The translations under genes and the position numbers were made by a program. From Octopus sinensis (lineage: Eukaryota): a DNA stretch of 64,000 nt. Under the pieces are notes generated by a model, which did no database searches, was not told the origin of the DNA, and was given only the letters and a program-made list of their open reading frames with translations. The stretch's first letter is position 1. Each line of letters begins with the position of its first letter. This document shows, in pieces, positions 14,079 to 27,089 of this stretch. Where the stretch lies: the NCBI RefSeq assembly GCF_006345805.1, contig NC_043002.1, forward strand, positions 31,682,001-31,746,000. Reading direction: 5' to 3'.

Positions 14079-15730
14079 GAAATTCTGTAGAAATTATGAC
14101 TCCCCGAGGAGCTATACGACAAGTACAACGAGGATAAATCGTTAGTCTGCAATAGAAGTAACTCCAACCATTCAAAAGATAAGAACAAAACTCTTGACGA
14201 TTTCTGTGAATACATCATGAATTACCCATATCAAAATATACACAAGCAAAAAAAGAATGGCGTGAGCTGAACCAATTAAAAAGTGACAAAACAATAACAA
14301 TCAAAGAGGCTGATAAAAGGAGTGCAGTTGTCTTAATGAACACGGTATTCTATACAACTTTTGTACTATCTATATTAGAAGAGACAACATATTATGAAAA
14401 TCTCAAGCAATACATTCAACAGAAATTAATGAGGAACCTAAAATCCATATTAAACATATACAGAGAAGGGGCTCATCGACAAGGAATACGATTATATGAC
14501 CAATTTCAAATGTAAATCCAGTCAATTTTACGATATTCCCAAGATACACAAAAGTGAGAAAATACGTAACGCATGCAGGATAGCCACAGACATAATAATC
14601 AAAGCCCCTACTCCAAATGACTTCAAATTGAGACCTATAATAGCAGGTCTTACATATGAAACCCACTGCCTCAGAAACGTTTTAGATACCCTCTTAAATC
14701 ATTCCTCAAGCATCTCAAAATCTACATAAGGGATGACCTGGATATGCTCAATCACCTCCCTAAAACAATAAACAAAAAACACCCTACTAGTATCCTTCGA
14801 TGTAGTCAGCCTCTATTCTAACATCCCCACAGCCTAGGAATAGAGGCAATTCAATTCTGGCAAGAGAATCACGCCAACGAACTCTCACATCGCATCAAAA
14901 AATAATTCGTAATAGAAGGGCTAAAATTCATCTTGGGAATAAATACTTTGTCTTCAAATACAACTTCTATCGATAAAAATCGGGGACTGCGATGGGTACG
15001 AGAATGGCCCCCTCCTTTGCTAACCTAGTCATGGGATATCTAGAAATCAGTCTTTATCGTAAGGTACTAGAAAAATGCGGCAACCCTTTCTACCTCTACA
15101 TTGAAAATAACTGGAAGTGGTACCTGGATGACAGTTTCATTGTTTGGCATGGAAGTATAGAGAGACTTAAAGAAATTCAAGCACTTATAAATGGACTTGA
15201 CGTAAACATTCAATTCCCGATGGAATATAGCCATCAACAACTTGACACCCTCATTAAGAAATCCAACAACGAAATAAAAACAGATATATACTGTAAGGCC
15301 TCGAACTCCAAACAATATCTACCGTTCACCTCATGCCACCCCAGACACGCTAGAATGAATATCCCTTTCAACCCAGAAAAAGGATTTCTACTATAGTTTC
15401 TAATACAAGCACCAAGGACACACGACTACATGAACTGAAGGATACGCTCGTCACTAGGAACTACGCACCATCACAAATTGATATATGCTTTCAACGTACC
15501 CTACGCCTCAACATTCACGAACTCAAACATCCCAAATTAAAGAAGGATTTACAACCAAAAGCCCTACCATACAACCCTTTTAACAATGAAGCCTTCGAAA
15601 CCATCGTCCAAAACATTTCCCTGCTAAAAAGGGACCACAGAATGAATTTAATCCTCCAAACGCATACCATCATATAGAGCAAATGACAGTCCAAATCTAT
15701 GAAAAGTCTCCTAGTTTCGAATTTCAAGTA
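14079..15730 (+). pseudogene. Penelope-like element reverse transcriptase, frameshifted; no GIY-YIG endonuclease seen
   Basis: Motifs in order: IKEADKRSAVVLMN, FYDIPKIHK, LRPIIAG, LVSFDVVSLYSNIP, GTAMGTRMAPSFANLVMG, WYLDDSFIVW, TDIYCKASNSKQYLPFTSCHP. Multiple stops and frameshifts. Confidence 0.9.
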
Positions 15731-16282
15731 ACATATATAAAATCATACTAATCTACCTATACGTACATCTTATCCCAGATATTTTGCTTTCAAAACACTA
15801 TTTCTTTTTTAATATTCACCATTTTTTTATTATAAATAAATATGTTTTTCATTTTATACCACTCATAACTGTAAAATCACATATAAATTTAAATATAGCG
15901 ATGAATTCCCATTGGACACTTATTCTTTATATGTATACACATATGTATACGCGCATATGTATTGTGTATATTTGTTTTTTGTCTGTATATATGTTTACAT
16001 CTTATGCTTGTAAAATTTTCATATTTAAAAACATATACTTGCAATAGTGAGCTACAAATTTAATATGAAGAATCTTTGTTAGAAATCTAACTTTGGACCC
16101 ACCAAGATAAAAAGTTTCAAATGCAACTCAAACTTTCTCACATTTATATCATCAGTCGAAATTGCGAAGATGATCCGGTTCTTGACTGAAGATTGAAGGC
16201 TTCGAATGTCCCGTCCGTGTTTTTTGTATCGTCTTCTAAATGTTTCACGTTTTTGTCCTAGTTTGTATTTTTTTTTACATTT

Positions 16283-16318
<36 letters not shown>

Positions 16319-16824
16319 GGCTCTGTGTGTGTATATGTGTGCGAGTGTATGTGTGTATTGTTTGCTAAAAATGAATAGCCAGCTTATAACTATTATGCTC
16401 ATGTCAAATAACTGAAACAGCATGTCGTTACTGGATAGTTGACATAAAGCAGGACTAAAACCTATCAATTATTTTCAAACATCTAAACTAAATGTTATAT
16501 CGTATTTATGTGCGGTTTTAAAAATTGATCTTCATTATTTTAAAGAATGCAACAGAAGTTTTTGAAATACTGCACTTTTCAATTATTATAACTACAAAAT
16601 GGGAAGATTAAGAATAAAGCAATTTGTCAAAGCAACAGCTTGGATATATATTCTGATTATCAATATGTATATACATACAAACACATACACACTCACTTAC
16701 GCACATGCGCACACACGCGCACACACGCGCACACACATATACATATATAGATATATGCCAGTTTGCATATATACCTGTATATATGTATGCATGTATGTAT
16801 GCATATATGTATGCAAATACAGTT

Positions 16825-17126
16825 GCACTCCGTCCCAGCTGATGCGATCAGCGGAACAGCCTGCTCGTGAAATTAACGTGCAACTGACTGAGCAATCCAC
16901 AGACACGCGTACCCCTAACGTAGTTCTCATGGAGGTTCAGCGTGACACAAGGTGTGACAAGGCCGGCCCTTTGAAATACAGGTACAACTCATTTTTTGCC
17001 AGCTGAGTGGACTGGGGCAACGTGAAATAAAGTGTCTTGCTCAAGGACACAACGCGTCGCCGGGAATCGAACTCCCGACCTTACAATCGTGAGCCGAATG
17101 CCCTAACCACTAAGCCACGCTCCTTC
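16825..17126 (-). mobile_element. tRNA-derived SINE family C (CORE-like centre, tail type 1)
   Basis: gcgtggcttagtggttagggcattcggctcacg...gttcgattcccggcg...ttgtgtccttgagcaagacacttta; homologous to 25800-26097. Confidence 0.85.
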
Positions 17127-17894
17127 ATGCACATATATGCACCTATATGCACGTATAGTATGCACCTATATATACATATCATACTTAATGTATTGAAATA
17201 GCCTTTTAGAAAGACAAATAATCTAATGAATCCATTCTATAACTGATTTTAGTTACTTTGAAATGTAGTAACATTTGCCAAGGTAACTGCTATAAAGATA
17301 TATACGAAATATGTTACTTTTGAGTAAAAGCACTTTTCAAGTAAATATATAAATACATTTTTTCATAAAAAAAAGAATAGGTTGTAAAATTCGCTGTTTT
17401 CACAGAAACTATAACTGAAAGAAGCTGGTGTCTCTTGCATATGATTGCGTAAGATTTAGAAAAACTGAAAACTGTAATGATCACCGGAGGTACATAGTTG
17501 ATTATATTCATTTAAATTAGGAGAACAATAAGCCGTTAGGAATGCGAGATCGTGATTCAGTGATTAAGACATTTCGAGATTGCACTCGTGAACATTAGTG
17601 CATGTTGGTGTATAAATGCATTGGATTTTTAGAGTTGCTGGATCGAAGTTGAAATACATAAACGTAAGAACTTAAACCGTAGGTAATGCTACTGGCTGGT
17701 TGTGTATAAAATGCCGAAAGGGTAGGAGACATGAAAGATATTAGGACTAGAAAGAATTCGTTGCATGGTGTCTATTAAATACATTTTATTGAGATACAAT
17801 TGATCAATAACAAAAGAAGAATTGAAACACGAAAGAAATTAGTTGCACGAACAATTGATTGAATTTTAGCAAATAATTGAAATAGGGAGAGTAT

Positions 17895-18119
17895 ATTATT
17901 CACATTTAACGGATATTTGTCCTCATCATGTTTGTTGCTAGCACAATGTTTCGGCTGATATACCCTCCAGCCTTCAACAGATGTCGAGAGAAATTTCGAA
18001 CCTGCGTTCTCATTCCTAAGGTATTTTTCGATGTCATTATTATTCAGGTCACTGCCTGGAATTGAACTCGGAATTTGGGGGTTAATAGCCCGCACGCTTA
18101 ACATCTACGCCATATGCCC
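17895..18119 (-). mobile_element. tRNA-headed SINE carrying a hammerhead motif (family H)
   Basis: Head gggcatatggcgtag...ggctattaacccc...gagttcaattccaggcagtgacc, then gacat CTGTTGA a ggctg..cagcc GAAA cattgtgc; two more copies at 32091-32550. Confidence 0.85.
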
Positions 18120-19860
18120 ATAGGGAAAATAGTTTATGAAAAAATGATATGTTGCTATTTGTTAATTTTTGTCAAACTTTACACGTGCGTACATCATTTC
18201 TTTGAATACTTATTTGTAAACAAATGTAATTTACATAAATGTTCCGTGATGGTTTTTACGAAAGATGTTTCAAATTTGGGATAATAGGATTAATATTTGA
18301 AAATGCTAGTAATGTTTACTGTACAAAGTTGTGCACAACTTTGCAAGAATAATCGACGATATTAGGAGGGAATAAATGGAAAAAAGAATAAAATCATTGG
18401 ATTGACGTCAAGGCATCAAAAAAGTTGATTTCAAACCATTGCTTTTGTACTTAGGTCAATTGCGTGATTATATGAGGTGTAAAATTTAGGGATGTTATAA
18501 TTAAACATGGGAAAATAATATATTATAAAGATATTTTCTTAATATTCGGTACAATTCGAATACTTAGGTATTCGATTAATTTTGACTTCGAACAACTGTT
18601 TTCTAGACTAACTGGTTTTATTGAGAGCCTGCATATCAGACTTTGCATATTTTGCTTCGGGAAATAAGTTGTGAGAATATATTATTGAACATATGATGCT
18701 CATATTTATAGCCTTACGCACACATATATATGCATACATATACATATATATGTATATTATAGGCTTGCGTATGTCTGTGTACTGACGACGCCGGTTTAGC
18801 CTTGCATGAGGCATTTTGAGTCTCAGAGCAAAACTTTTGGGCATAACTATGTATTTTCTACACTGAGTATACGCAGCTCTCACATATAATCTGTGTGTGC
18901 GAATGTGCGCGTGTACTGTAACTCTAAATTCTTCGTCCAAGGTGAGGCAAGCGTCATAAAGAAAGGTTGTAGGAGAAATCTAAATTGAGCTGATATAGGG
19001 CTAGTAAGAGAGATAAAAACAGTTACGCTTGATATAAATATATTTATAGAGAGCCCCAAAATATGGAATGAATGTACAGATTAAGTTGAGATAATGCAAA
19101 ATTCATAAATTGAAGCCTTTTTCAAAAAGCTCGGAGTTATGTAGTTATAAAAACCAGGAATCACAGATGAAATGTGAAAAACTGGTAATCAGTCACATAA
19201 AGATATTACAATAAGTCCGGCTTCCCTCATCAAGACAAAATTGACATATGTGGCTCATATATTAGCACTAGCAAAAGTAAACGGTTAAAGGGTGGGGTAA
19301 CAGAACGGAGATCAGGTTTGAGGGGAAAATGAAGGACAAGTTCTAGATTATAAAGAAGCAAGGAAGAAGAATAGTAGAGAGAAGAAGAGAGAAAAAGAGA
19401 CAAGAAAGTTAAAATCAGCCAAGCATAAGGAAACGCCGCAGATGGTAAAGATAATGTTAAGCAGAGCATAAATCAGTTAAAAATGTCCACTGACCATACA
19501 ATGAAGCAAGAAGATAAAAACATTTTTGTAAAGGAGTAGGTATGTGGTAGCAGATGAGGTAAGTATGTTTAGAGAAAGGGAATAAGGAAAATTGATGGAA
19601 ACATATTTGGATGAAAAACAGAGATTCAACGGGAAATAGGAGAAATCATAAAGGCTTCACATAATAAGAAAGCGTGGAAAAAAACTTGTTTGCATGAGAA
19701 GATTACATCAGAAAAACTATTGAGTAAAGTATTGTTATAATAGCGTAGAATAGCAGCAACATAAATTACAAAGGAGATGATTAGCATTGTATGGGGTAAC
19801 CTTACGAACCATGGACTGGACAAAGTACAAAAAATGTCTATAGATATGAGATGGCATATA

Positions 19861-20077
19861 CGAGCGGTTGCTAAAAAGATTCTGACTGTTAGTAGAAGAA
19901 TATAGAGGAGAATCAGTTAATTATGATTTTACTCAACATATTCTCCGCTCAGATTCGCACATTTATTGCAGCGGTTCTTGAATTCCTTTCAGTCCTGTAA
20001 AAGAACTCAGAGGTTTAGGACTCCAGCCACGCTTTTCGCGATACCATGAAAGCCAGAGTCCTTGTAGCAACCCCTCG
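19861..20077 (-). mobile_element. Mariner-derived MITE
   Basis: TA-flanked TIRs cgagcggttgcta / tagcaacccctcg; remnant NKCANLSGEYVE* on the minus strand; second copy at 52775-52991. Confidence 0.8.
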
Positions 20078-20332
20078 TATATATAGCTGAGGAAGTAGAG
20101 AGTTCAGAGAAGATATCTGAAAACGAAATTAGCCCGGTAGCGAAACTAGAAAACAACAGTGTCCCCAATGTAGAACACAACCTGATGGCAATATGGGGAT
20201 TATGATCTGACATGATCAACACCGTATATAAACACTCTTACTTAGATGTTTATATATATGCATGTTTATCTCTCTCTCACTCTCTCTTGCGCTTTCTCTC
20301 ACTCAATCTCTCTGTCGATAGAGGTATACAGT

Positions 20333-20406
<74 letters not shown>

Positions 20407-20757
20407 GTGTGTGTGTGTGTGTGTGTGTGTGTCTGTGTGTGTGTACCCAATTCACTGTATAATGATATCGACCAGACTATTGGATGTTGTAAGGCTCCAC
20501 ACTTCACAATGCAGCTTGAATTGCTTTACATTCAGAACGATACCCATCTACATATTAGTGGACTGGAGCAATATTGAAAGAAATGTTTTGCACACGAAAA
20601 CAACGCACTGCCGGGCTGGATATCGAAATCACGATAACCACTAGGCTATGCGCTTTCTCTGACACGCGCAACCGTGCACTGTAACAGATGCATAGACGCG
20701 CATACTCACATATATAAACATAGAAATGCATATATATATATACATACATATAAGAGA

Positions 20758-20969
20758 GATGACCACCACTAAGTGGACATCCATTATGCTAGAAGTCGAT
20801 CCCTATGGTCTTACCACTAAAAAGGAACGTTCTAAAGAAAATTTAGCAAACGGCAGAACGTAAGCGTACGTTCTGGCCTTTGCTAAATTTTCTTGAGAAC
20901 ATTCCTTTCTTAGTGGTGAGACCATAGGGGTCGACTTCTAGCATAATGGATGTCCACTTAGTGATCATC
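20758..20969. repeat. Imperfect palindrome (~96-bp arms, 4-nt loop) within a repeat family
   Basis: cactaagtggacatcc...cagaacgta|agcg|tacgttctg...ggatgtccacttagtg; right arm plus flank resembles 59550-59735. Confidence 0.9.
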
Positions 20970-21100
20970 GACCTCATGTGTATATAATATAATTTTTCTG
21001 AATCTTCAGATTTTTCTATATGCTAGACCACTGATTTTAAGTTGATATTAAATTAATATTCAATTTTTCACCCTTATTATTCTAAATTTACATATATGCA

Positions 21101-21143
<43 letters not shown>

Positions 21144-21187
21144 TATATATATATACATACATATATATATATACATACATATATATA

Positions 21188-21230
<43 letters not shown>

Positions 21231-21842
21231 TATATATATACACACATGAACGCATACATATACACACTCACATACTCATACGTCTACACACAAGTATATG
21301 TACACGTATACGTATATATAAATGTATACGAACTCGTACATATCTAAATACTTCATTATGTGGGTCTCTGTGTGAAAGTATGTGCGTGCCCATATTTGCG
21401 CTTCTGTGCAAATGGGCCTATGTGCGTGCTCGCGTCTGTTTGTGTACGCTTGTGTTAGTGGGTATTTGTTGACATATTTGTCTATATTGAATGATAACAC
21501 AACAAAAGCTATATTTGACACGAAAAACTGCAAACTAAGTCCTTGTCAATACTGCACCATCTGGAATATTAAAATTACAATATTAGACACGCACACATAT
21601 AAGTACGCACGCGCGCACTCACATACAATCATACACTCTCTCACACACAAACACCTACATACGCCCAGCCCTTTCAGTAAATTCATATATAGCAAAACAT
21701 ATGACTATAATGTTTTCACACACACAAACACACACAGACAATTATATGTGCATATATGTATATATATGTATATGTGTATGTATATATATATATATAATAT
21801 ATATATATTATATATTATATATATATAGATAGATAGATAGAT

Positions 21843-21936
21843 AAAGTGAAAGGGAGGACAGTGAACTTGCTGTGGACAATCCAACGTTTCAGATTTAATC
21901 CTTCGTCAGGCAAGTTCAGTGTAACCCTTTCACTTT
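21843..21936 (-). ncRNA. Hammerhead-like motif closed by a long stem I
   Basis: tgaacttgc CTGACGA a gga-ttaaa-tct GAAA cgtt ggattgtccaca gcaagttca; flanks aaagtgaaaggg / ccctttcacttt pair. Confidence 0.55.
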
Positions 21937-21989
21937 TTTCTGTATTTTTGAAGTCTTTCTGACGCAGAGCTAATGGATTATTGCCTGAT

Positions 21990-22021
<32 letters not shown>

Positions 22022-22026
22022 ATAAT

Positions 22027-22056
<30 letters not shown>

Positions 22057-22057
<1 letters not shown>

Positions 22058-22752
22058 TGGATCATCCTGTAAATAATACAACCCTCGTTATACTTCTTTC
22101 ATTTTTCAATTATTTTAAATTTAACCTGTACTCTCCCTCGTTTTCTACAATGCTCTTCTATCTATTTAGGACTTTGCAAGGCTCCACTTCCAAAATTCAC
22201 TTTTTCCGTGACGAAAAATACTCCACGTCTGCTTAACTCATATTTTCTCCGTACAAATGATTTCGAAAACTGCCGAATAAATGATAATCAGATGGGGCAG
22301 AGTCCAGTGAATATGGTGGCAGGGGCATCGCTTCCCATTCAAACTGCTCCAGTCTTTGGAATGTAATACTCGCTGCATGTGGCCAAGCATTATCCTGATG
22401 GAAAACACGGTTCGTCTTGAAACTAGATGGTCGTTTTTCTTCTAGCCGCTCAAGCCTCTCGTAAGAAATCTTTGTTATCGTTTGGTTTAGGTTTAAATGT
22501 TCAAAGTTAACTAAACCTCTCATATCCCACTAAACAGAAAACAACAGCTTCTTTGGCCTCGGGTGCCGGTGTTACTCCTTTCCCTACTCACAGTCTTCGG
22601 TTCGAAACAGGATCATTCGTGAGACGTGATAGCAAGGAAGTGCACACAGTCACTCTCGAAATGTTTGTGAGTAACACATTGGCCCAATGTGCTCCCCTTT
22701 CCGATGGAACAGGTGTCAATGAAGAGTTGAATGACCAAATTCATGCTTCTCT
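22057..22752 (-). pseudogene. Mariner (DD34D) transposase fragment with one TIR
   Basis: WDMRG, FHQDNAWPH, PPYSLDSAPSDYHLF; TA + ttggatcatcc end. Confidence 0.9.
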
Positions 22753-22840
22753 TGACTCACAAGCTCTAATTGGACTCACTAGTTGGACTCACAACCTCTA
22801 ATTGTCTTGGAATATATGTATACACACACACACACACACA

Positions 22841-23075
22841 CACATGTAGGAAGTAAATAGACACCTTTGATATTCAAAATGTCTGCTCTAAGCCTATTAA
22901 TGTGTTTTCAGCGGTGTAGAATTTACTATGTAATTATTCTTTTTTATTCCAGGTGCCATTATATTAAATATTTGCAAAGAGTAACAATGTCACGCACAAA
23001 AAATTCACCAGAACTATCAGATTTTCAGAAGTCGTATTGTTGGGCAATCTGAGTCAACAGAAAGGAATACGAGAA
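22841..23075 (+). mobile_element. Tc1-like 5' end fragment
   Basis: cacatgtaggaagtaaatagacacc TIR-like start; MSRTKNSPELSDFQK/RIVG resembles a Tc1 N-terminus. Confidence 0.5.
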
Positions 23076-23150
23076 AAAAAACTTATGGATTTAGCGATCA
23101 AGCTAAATATGTATACATATACATATACATGCATACATACATACACACAC

Positions 23151-23235
<85 letters not shown>

Positions 23236-23289
23236 TTATATACAGAAAGAGAAAACATGGAGATACACACAAGATTTGTTTTACAAGAT

Positions 23290-23560
23290 TAAGCTGCATG
23301 CATATCTGCGATGCTTTTCTCAGTTTTGGTGTTTGCTGCTTTAACAGATCGTTCGTCAATATCGATATTTTTCGACCATCCTGGAAACGCCTGAACCAGT
23401 CGTATACTCGTGCGTCTCATATACTCATCTCCATACACTTTCTGCATCTTTATGAGGACCCCTACCAGCTGTCGCCATGAAAACTTTCTCTGGCATGGTC
23501 AATGCTACGATCACACGCTACACTCCTTCCTTCCATGCATAGCTGTGAACTACAGAAATG
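23290..23560 (-). pseudogene. Mariner transposase N-terminal (HTH) fragment
   Basis: KMQKVYGDEYMRRT/VYDWFRRFQDGRKNIDIDERS. Confidence 0.7.
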
Positions 23561-23819
23561 AGCTAGAACGTTAGAACTTAGTGTGCATGCACAGCAGGTT
23601 TCAGCGGCAAAATGTGCCAAGCGGCTTTACTCTTTGTGCGTCAGCGCTGTTACCAAGGCAACAGTCCGGATACTTATTGACCAGACGTAGTATATACACA
23701 ATATCAGAGAATATATAAATTTGCAAGGCTTTCTTGATAAACAAGACCAGATATTTTCCTTCACACTATTGCTACCAAGGAGGAAGTTTACTCTAAATTA
23801 AAAATAGTAAGAGAAGACC

Positions 23820-23949
23820 ATACATACATACATACATACATACATACATACATACATACATACATACACACATACATACATACATACATACATACATACA
23901 TACATACATACATACATACATACACACATACATACATACATACATACAT
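23820..23949. repeat. (CATA)n microsatellite
   Basis: Directly visible. Confidence 0.95.
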
Positions 23950-24567
23950 TCACACGTGTGCGTGTGTATTTCAAACCTGTATGAAGTATTGTGCAAGCTG
24001 GTGTAAAAATATTATTGATTTTTGTTTGGTCTCCCTATTCTTTCCTAATCCTATATAAGCTGTCAAGTTGTGTTTTCCTCTTTTTGCTGTGTCTCAATGT
24101 TGAAACACCTCTGTAAACAAACAACTTTTATAGGAATCTCAGTACTTTGGCTGACATTTAATCATTTCTTAAGATTTGCATTCTTTTCTTTTATTGAAAT
24201 TTAATTTCATGTACAAAAACATGTATTTAAACCGAGTAAATCTATCGATTAATGGTTGACTTTTTGCTTTAAAATCGTCTCCGGCTTTCAAAATATGAAA
24301 TAATTTATGTCCTTGTTAGAATTTTATGAAGAAAAATTTCCTGTCAGCTGTTGCTTTCGTCGTGTCTACCCTAAATATAACGATATATGTTGCTCATATT
24401 CTTTCCATTTTTCTTACTCAATTCAAACTCTTTATGCCGCATAATTATAAGAAAGCATATAGACTTTCTTGCGTTCACATTTAGATATAAGTTTTATACC
24501 CTCACTTGTAGAGACATAGAAAAATACACATTCACATACGCACATACATACCCACTTGTATATAGGT

Positions 24568-24607
<40 letters not shown>

Positions 24608-24992
24608 ATGCGCATTTGTGAGTTGCCTTGTACAAGATAGTGATTTGTATTTGGTGATTTACTCAGAAAAGGCAGCACCCATATCGTTTGCTATGTGTTG
24701 GAAGAGAAAGAAATAAGCATTCAAAAGCATCCAAGAGAGACATTATGAACTATTTTCAAGCTGTTGGCCGGGTACGAATGCTTACAACAGATTGGATTCA
24801 CTCAGGGTAGACGATCACGTATATTTATGAACGATGAATTTGTTATCAAAGGACAGTGGTAAATTTAATGCCGGACGAACAATGATTTTATATTATTGTA
24901 TGCAATCATTCATATAGTATATATATATATAATATATATATAATATATATATATATCTGTAATGAAATATGTAACAATTATTCGGTAGCCAT

Positions 24993-25053
24993 GATAAAAC
25001 ACCGAGTTTCGGATGCCGAGGTGGAAACCCACGCTGCCATCACTTCAGTTATC
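24993..25053 (-). ncRNA. Type I hammerhead-like motif (same family as the 10.8-kb palindrome)
   Basis: gataa CTGAAGT gatg...catc c GAAA ctcggtg TT ttatc; the 10.8-kb left arm supplies CTGAAGA. Confidence 0.55.
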
Positions 25054-25130
25054 CGGCCATCGGAAAAAATGCTATGAAAATTGACTGTTATACAAAGAGA
25101 AATGATCCTCTGATTCCCCGTAATATATAC

Positions 25131-25190
<60 letters not shown>

Positions 25191-25196
25191 GCGTGT

Positions 25197-25504
25197 GGAG
25201 GCGCAATGGCCCAGTGGTTAGGGCAGCGGACACGCGGTCGTAGGATCGCGGTTTCGATTCCCAGTCCGGGCGTTGAGTCTTTATTGAGCGAAAACACCTA
25301 AAAGCTCAACGAGGCTCCGGCAGAAGGTGGTGGTGATCCCTGCTGTACTCGTTCATCACTTTTTCTCTCACTGTTTCTTCCGTTGGCCTACTCGCTTAGC
25401 CAGCGGGGTGGCGTCATTCGAAGGCTAAAACAATGCGAAGCGCATTGTGACCACCGAGACCTCTTTTACTGAACTGATGGTCTGGTCGGTCACGTGATCA
25501 CGTG

Positions 25505-25507
<3 letters not shown>
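25197..25507 (+). mobile_element. SINE family B head with tail type 2
   Basis: ggaggcgcaatggcccagtggttagggc...gtttcgattccc; ends gtcggtcacgtgatcacgtgata. Confidence 0.85.
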
Positions 25508-25597
<90 letters not shown>

Positions 25598-25799
25598 CTT
25601 AATAAAGTGTGTCTTAAGGACTAAATGTATTGGTATCACTAGTTAAGGTCTCAACTTAAGGGATTGTCCCAAAGCTTAAAAGTAATATTAAGGATTTAAT
25701 AGAGCCAAGGGAAAGAGCACAGTTATTATAAGATATAAGAGACAACGGAAGGTTATATCTGAATATTAACAATAAAAGATATATTAATATATTTCTTGA

Positions 25800-26097
25800 C
25801 TCGCCCGGTTACGACGAAAGGTCCCAGCTGATACGATCAACGGAACAGTTGCTCGTGAAATTTGCAATGGCTGAGCATTTTCCACAGACACTGTACCCTT
25901 ACGTAGTTCTCGGGTAATCAGCGTGACACAGAGATTGACAAGGCTGACCCTTTGAAATACAAGTACAACTCATTTTGCCAGCTGAGACTGGAGCAACGTG
26001 AAATAAAGGGTGCTCAGGACACAACGCGTCGCCGGGAATCGAACTCACAACCTTACGATCATGACCGAATGCCCTAACCACTAAGCCACGCGCCCTC
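25800..26097 (-). mobile_element. SINE family C (tail type 1)
   Basis: Homologous to 16825-17126; possible TSD atattaatatat at 25781 and 26100. Confidence 0.85.
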
Positions 26098-26124
26098 ACA
26101 TATTAATATATAGATTTGTAATAT

Positions 26125-26335
26125 TACTCTTTTACTCTTTTACTCTTTTACTTGTTTCAGTCATTTCACTGCGGCCATGCTGGAGCACCGCCTTTAGTCG
26201 AGCAAATCGACCCCGGGACTTATTCTTTGTAAGCCCAGTACTTATTCTATCGGTCTCTTTTTTGCCGAACCGCTAAGTAACGGGGCGTAAACACACCAGC
26301 ATCGGTTGTCAAGCAATGCTAGGGGGACAAACACG

Positions 26336-26391
<56 letters not shown>

Positions 26392-26551
26392 TACGTCAGG
26401 CTTCTTTCAGTTTCCGTCTACCAAATCCACTCACAAGGCATTGGTGGGCTCGGGGTTATAGCAGAAGACACATGCCGAAGATGTCACGCAGTGGGACTGA
26501 ACCCGGAACCATGTGGTTGGTTAGCAAGCTACTTACCACACAGCCACTCCT
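26125..26551 (-). mobile_element. SINE family A, full length, (AGTAAAAG)n tail
   Basis: Head ggagtggctgtgtggtaagtagcttgc, internal (TA)n(TG)n, tandem-repeat tail. Confidence 0.9.
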
Positions 26552-26755
26552 TGATGATCAAATAATAATTTACAGTAGAGAACATAAAAATATTTAAAAT
26601 TCTTATGAGCGTTTCGTGGTTTATCATCAACATAATATTACAATTTTCTATATTCCCGATCTCAGTGTGTTCTCATACCGTGACGTTGTGAAGGTTTTAA
26701 CAGAAATGAAATTGTAATTAAGCGATTTTCAGATTTCATAACTTTTTTTTTTTTC

Positions 26756-26958
26756 CTTGTTTCAGTCATTTTGACTGCGGCCATGCTGGAGCACCGCCTT
26801 TAATCGAGCAACTCGACCCCGGGACTTATTCTTTTCTAAGCCTAGTACTTATTCTATCGGTCTCTTTTGCCGAACCGCTAAGTAACGGGGACGTAAACGC
26901 ACCAGCATCGGTTGTCAAACAATGCTAGGGGGACAAACACAGACACACAAACATACAC

Positions 26959-26995
<37 letters not shown>

Positions 26996-27089
26996 GACGG
27001 GCTTCTTTCCAAGGTGCCACGCAGTGAGACTGAACCCGGAACCATGTGCTTGGTAAGCAAGCTACTTACCACACAGCCACTCCTGCGCC
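26756..27089 (-). mobile_element. SINE family A, internally deleted
   Basis: Highly similar to 26125-26551. Confidence 0.9.

Noticed and set aside
18940-19830. Possible ancient LINE remnant
   Set aside because: Too decayed to assign motifs or boundaries by eye.
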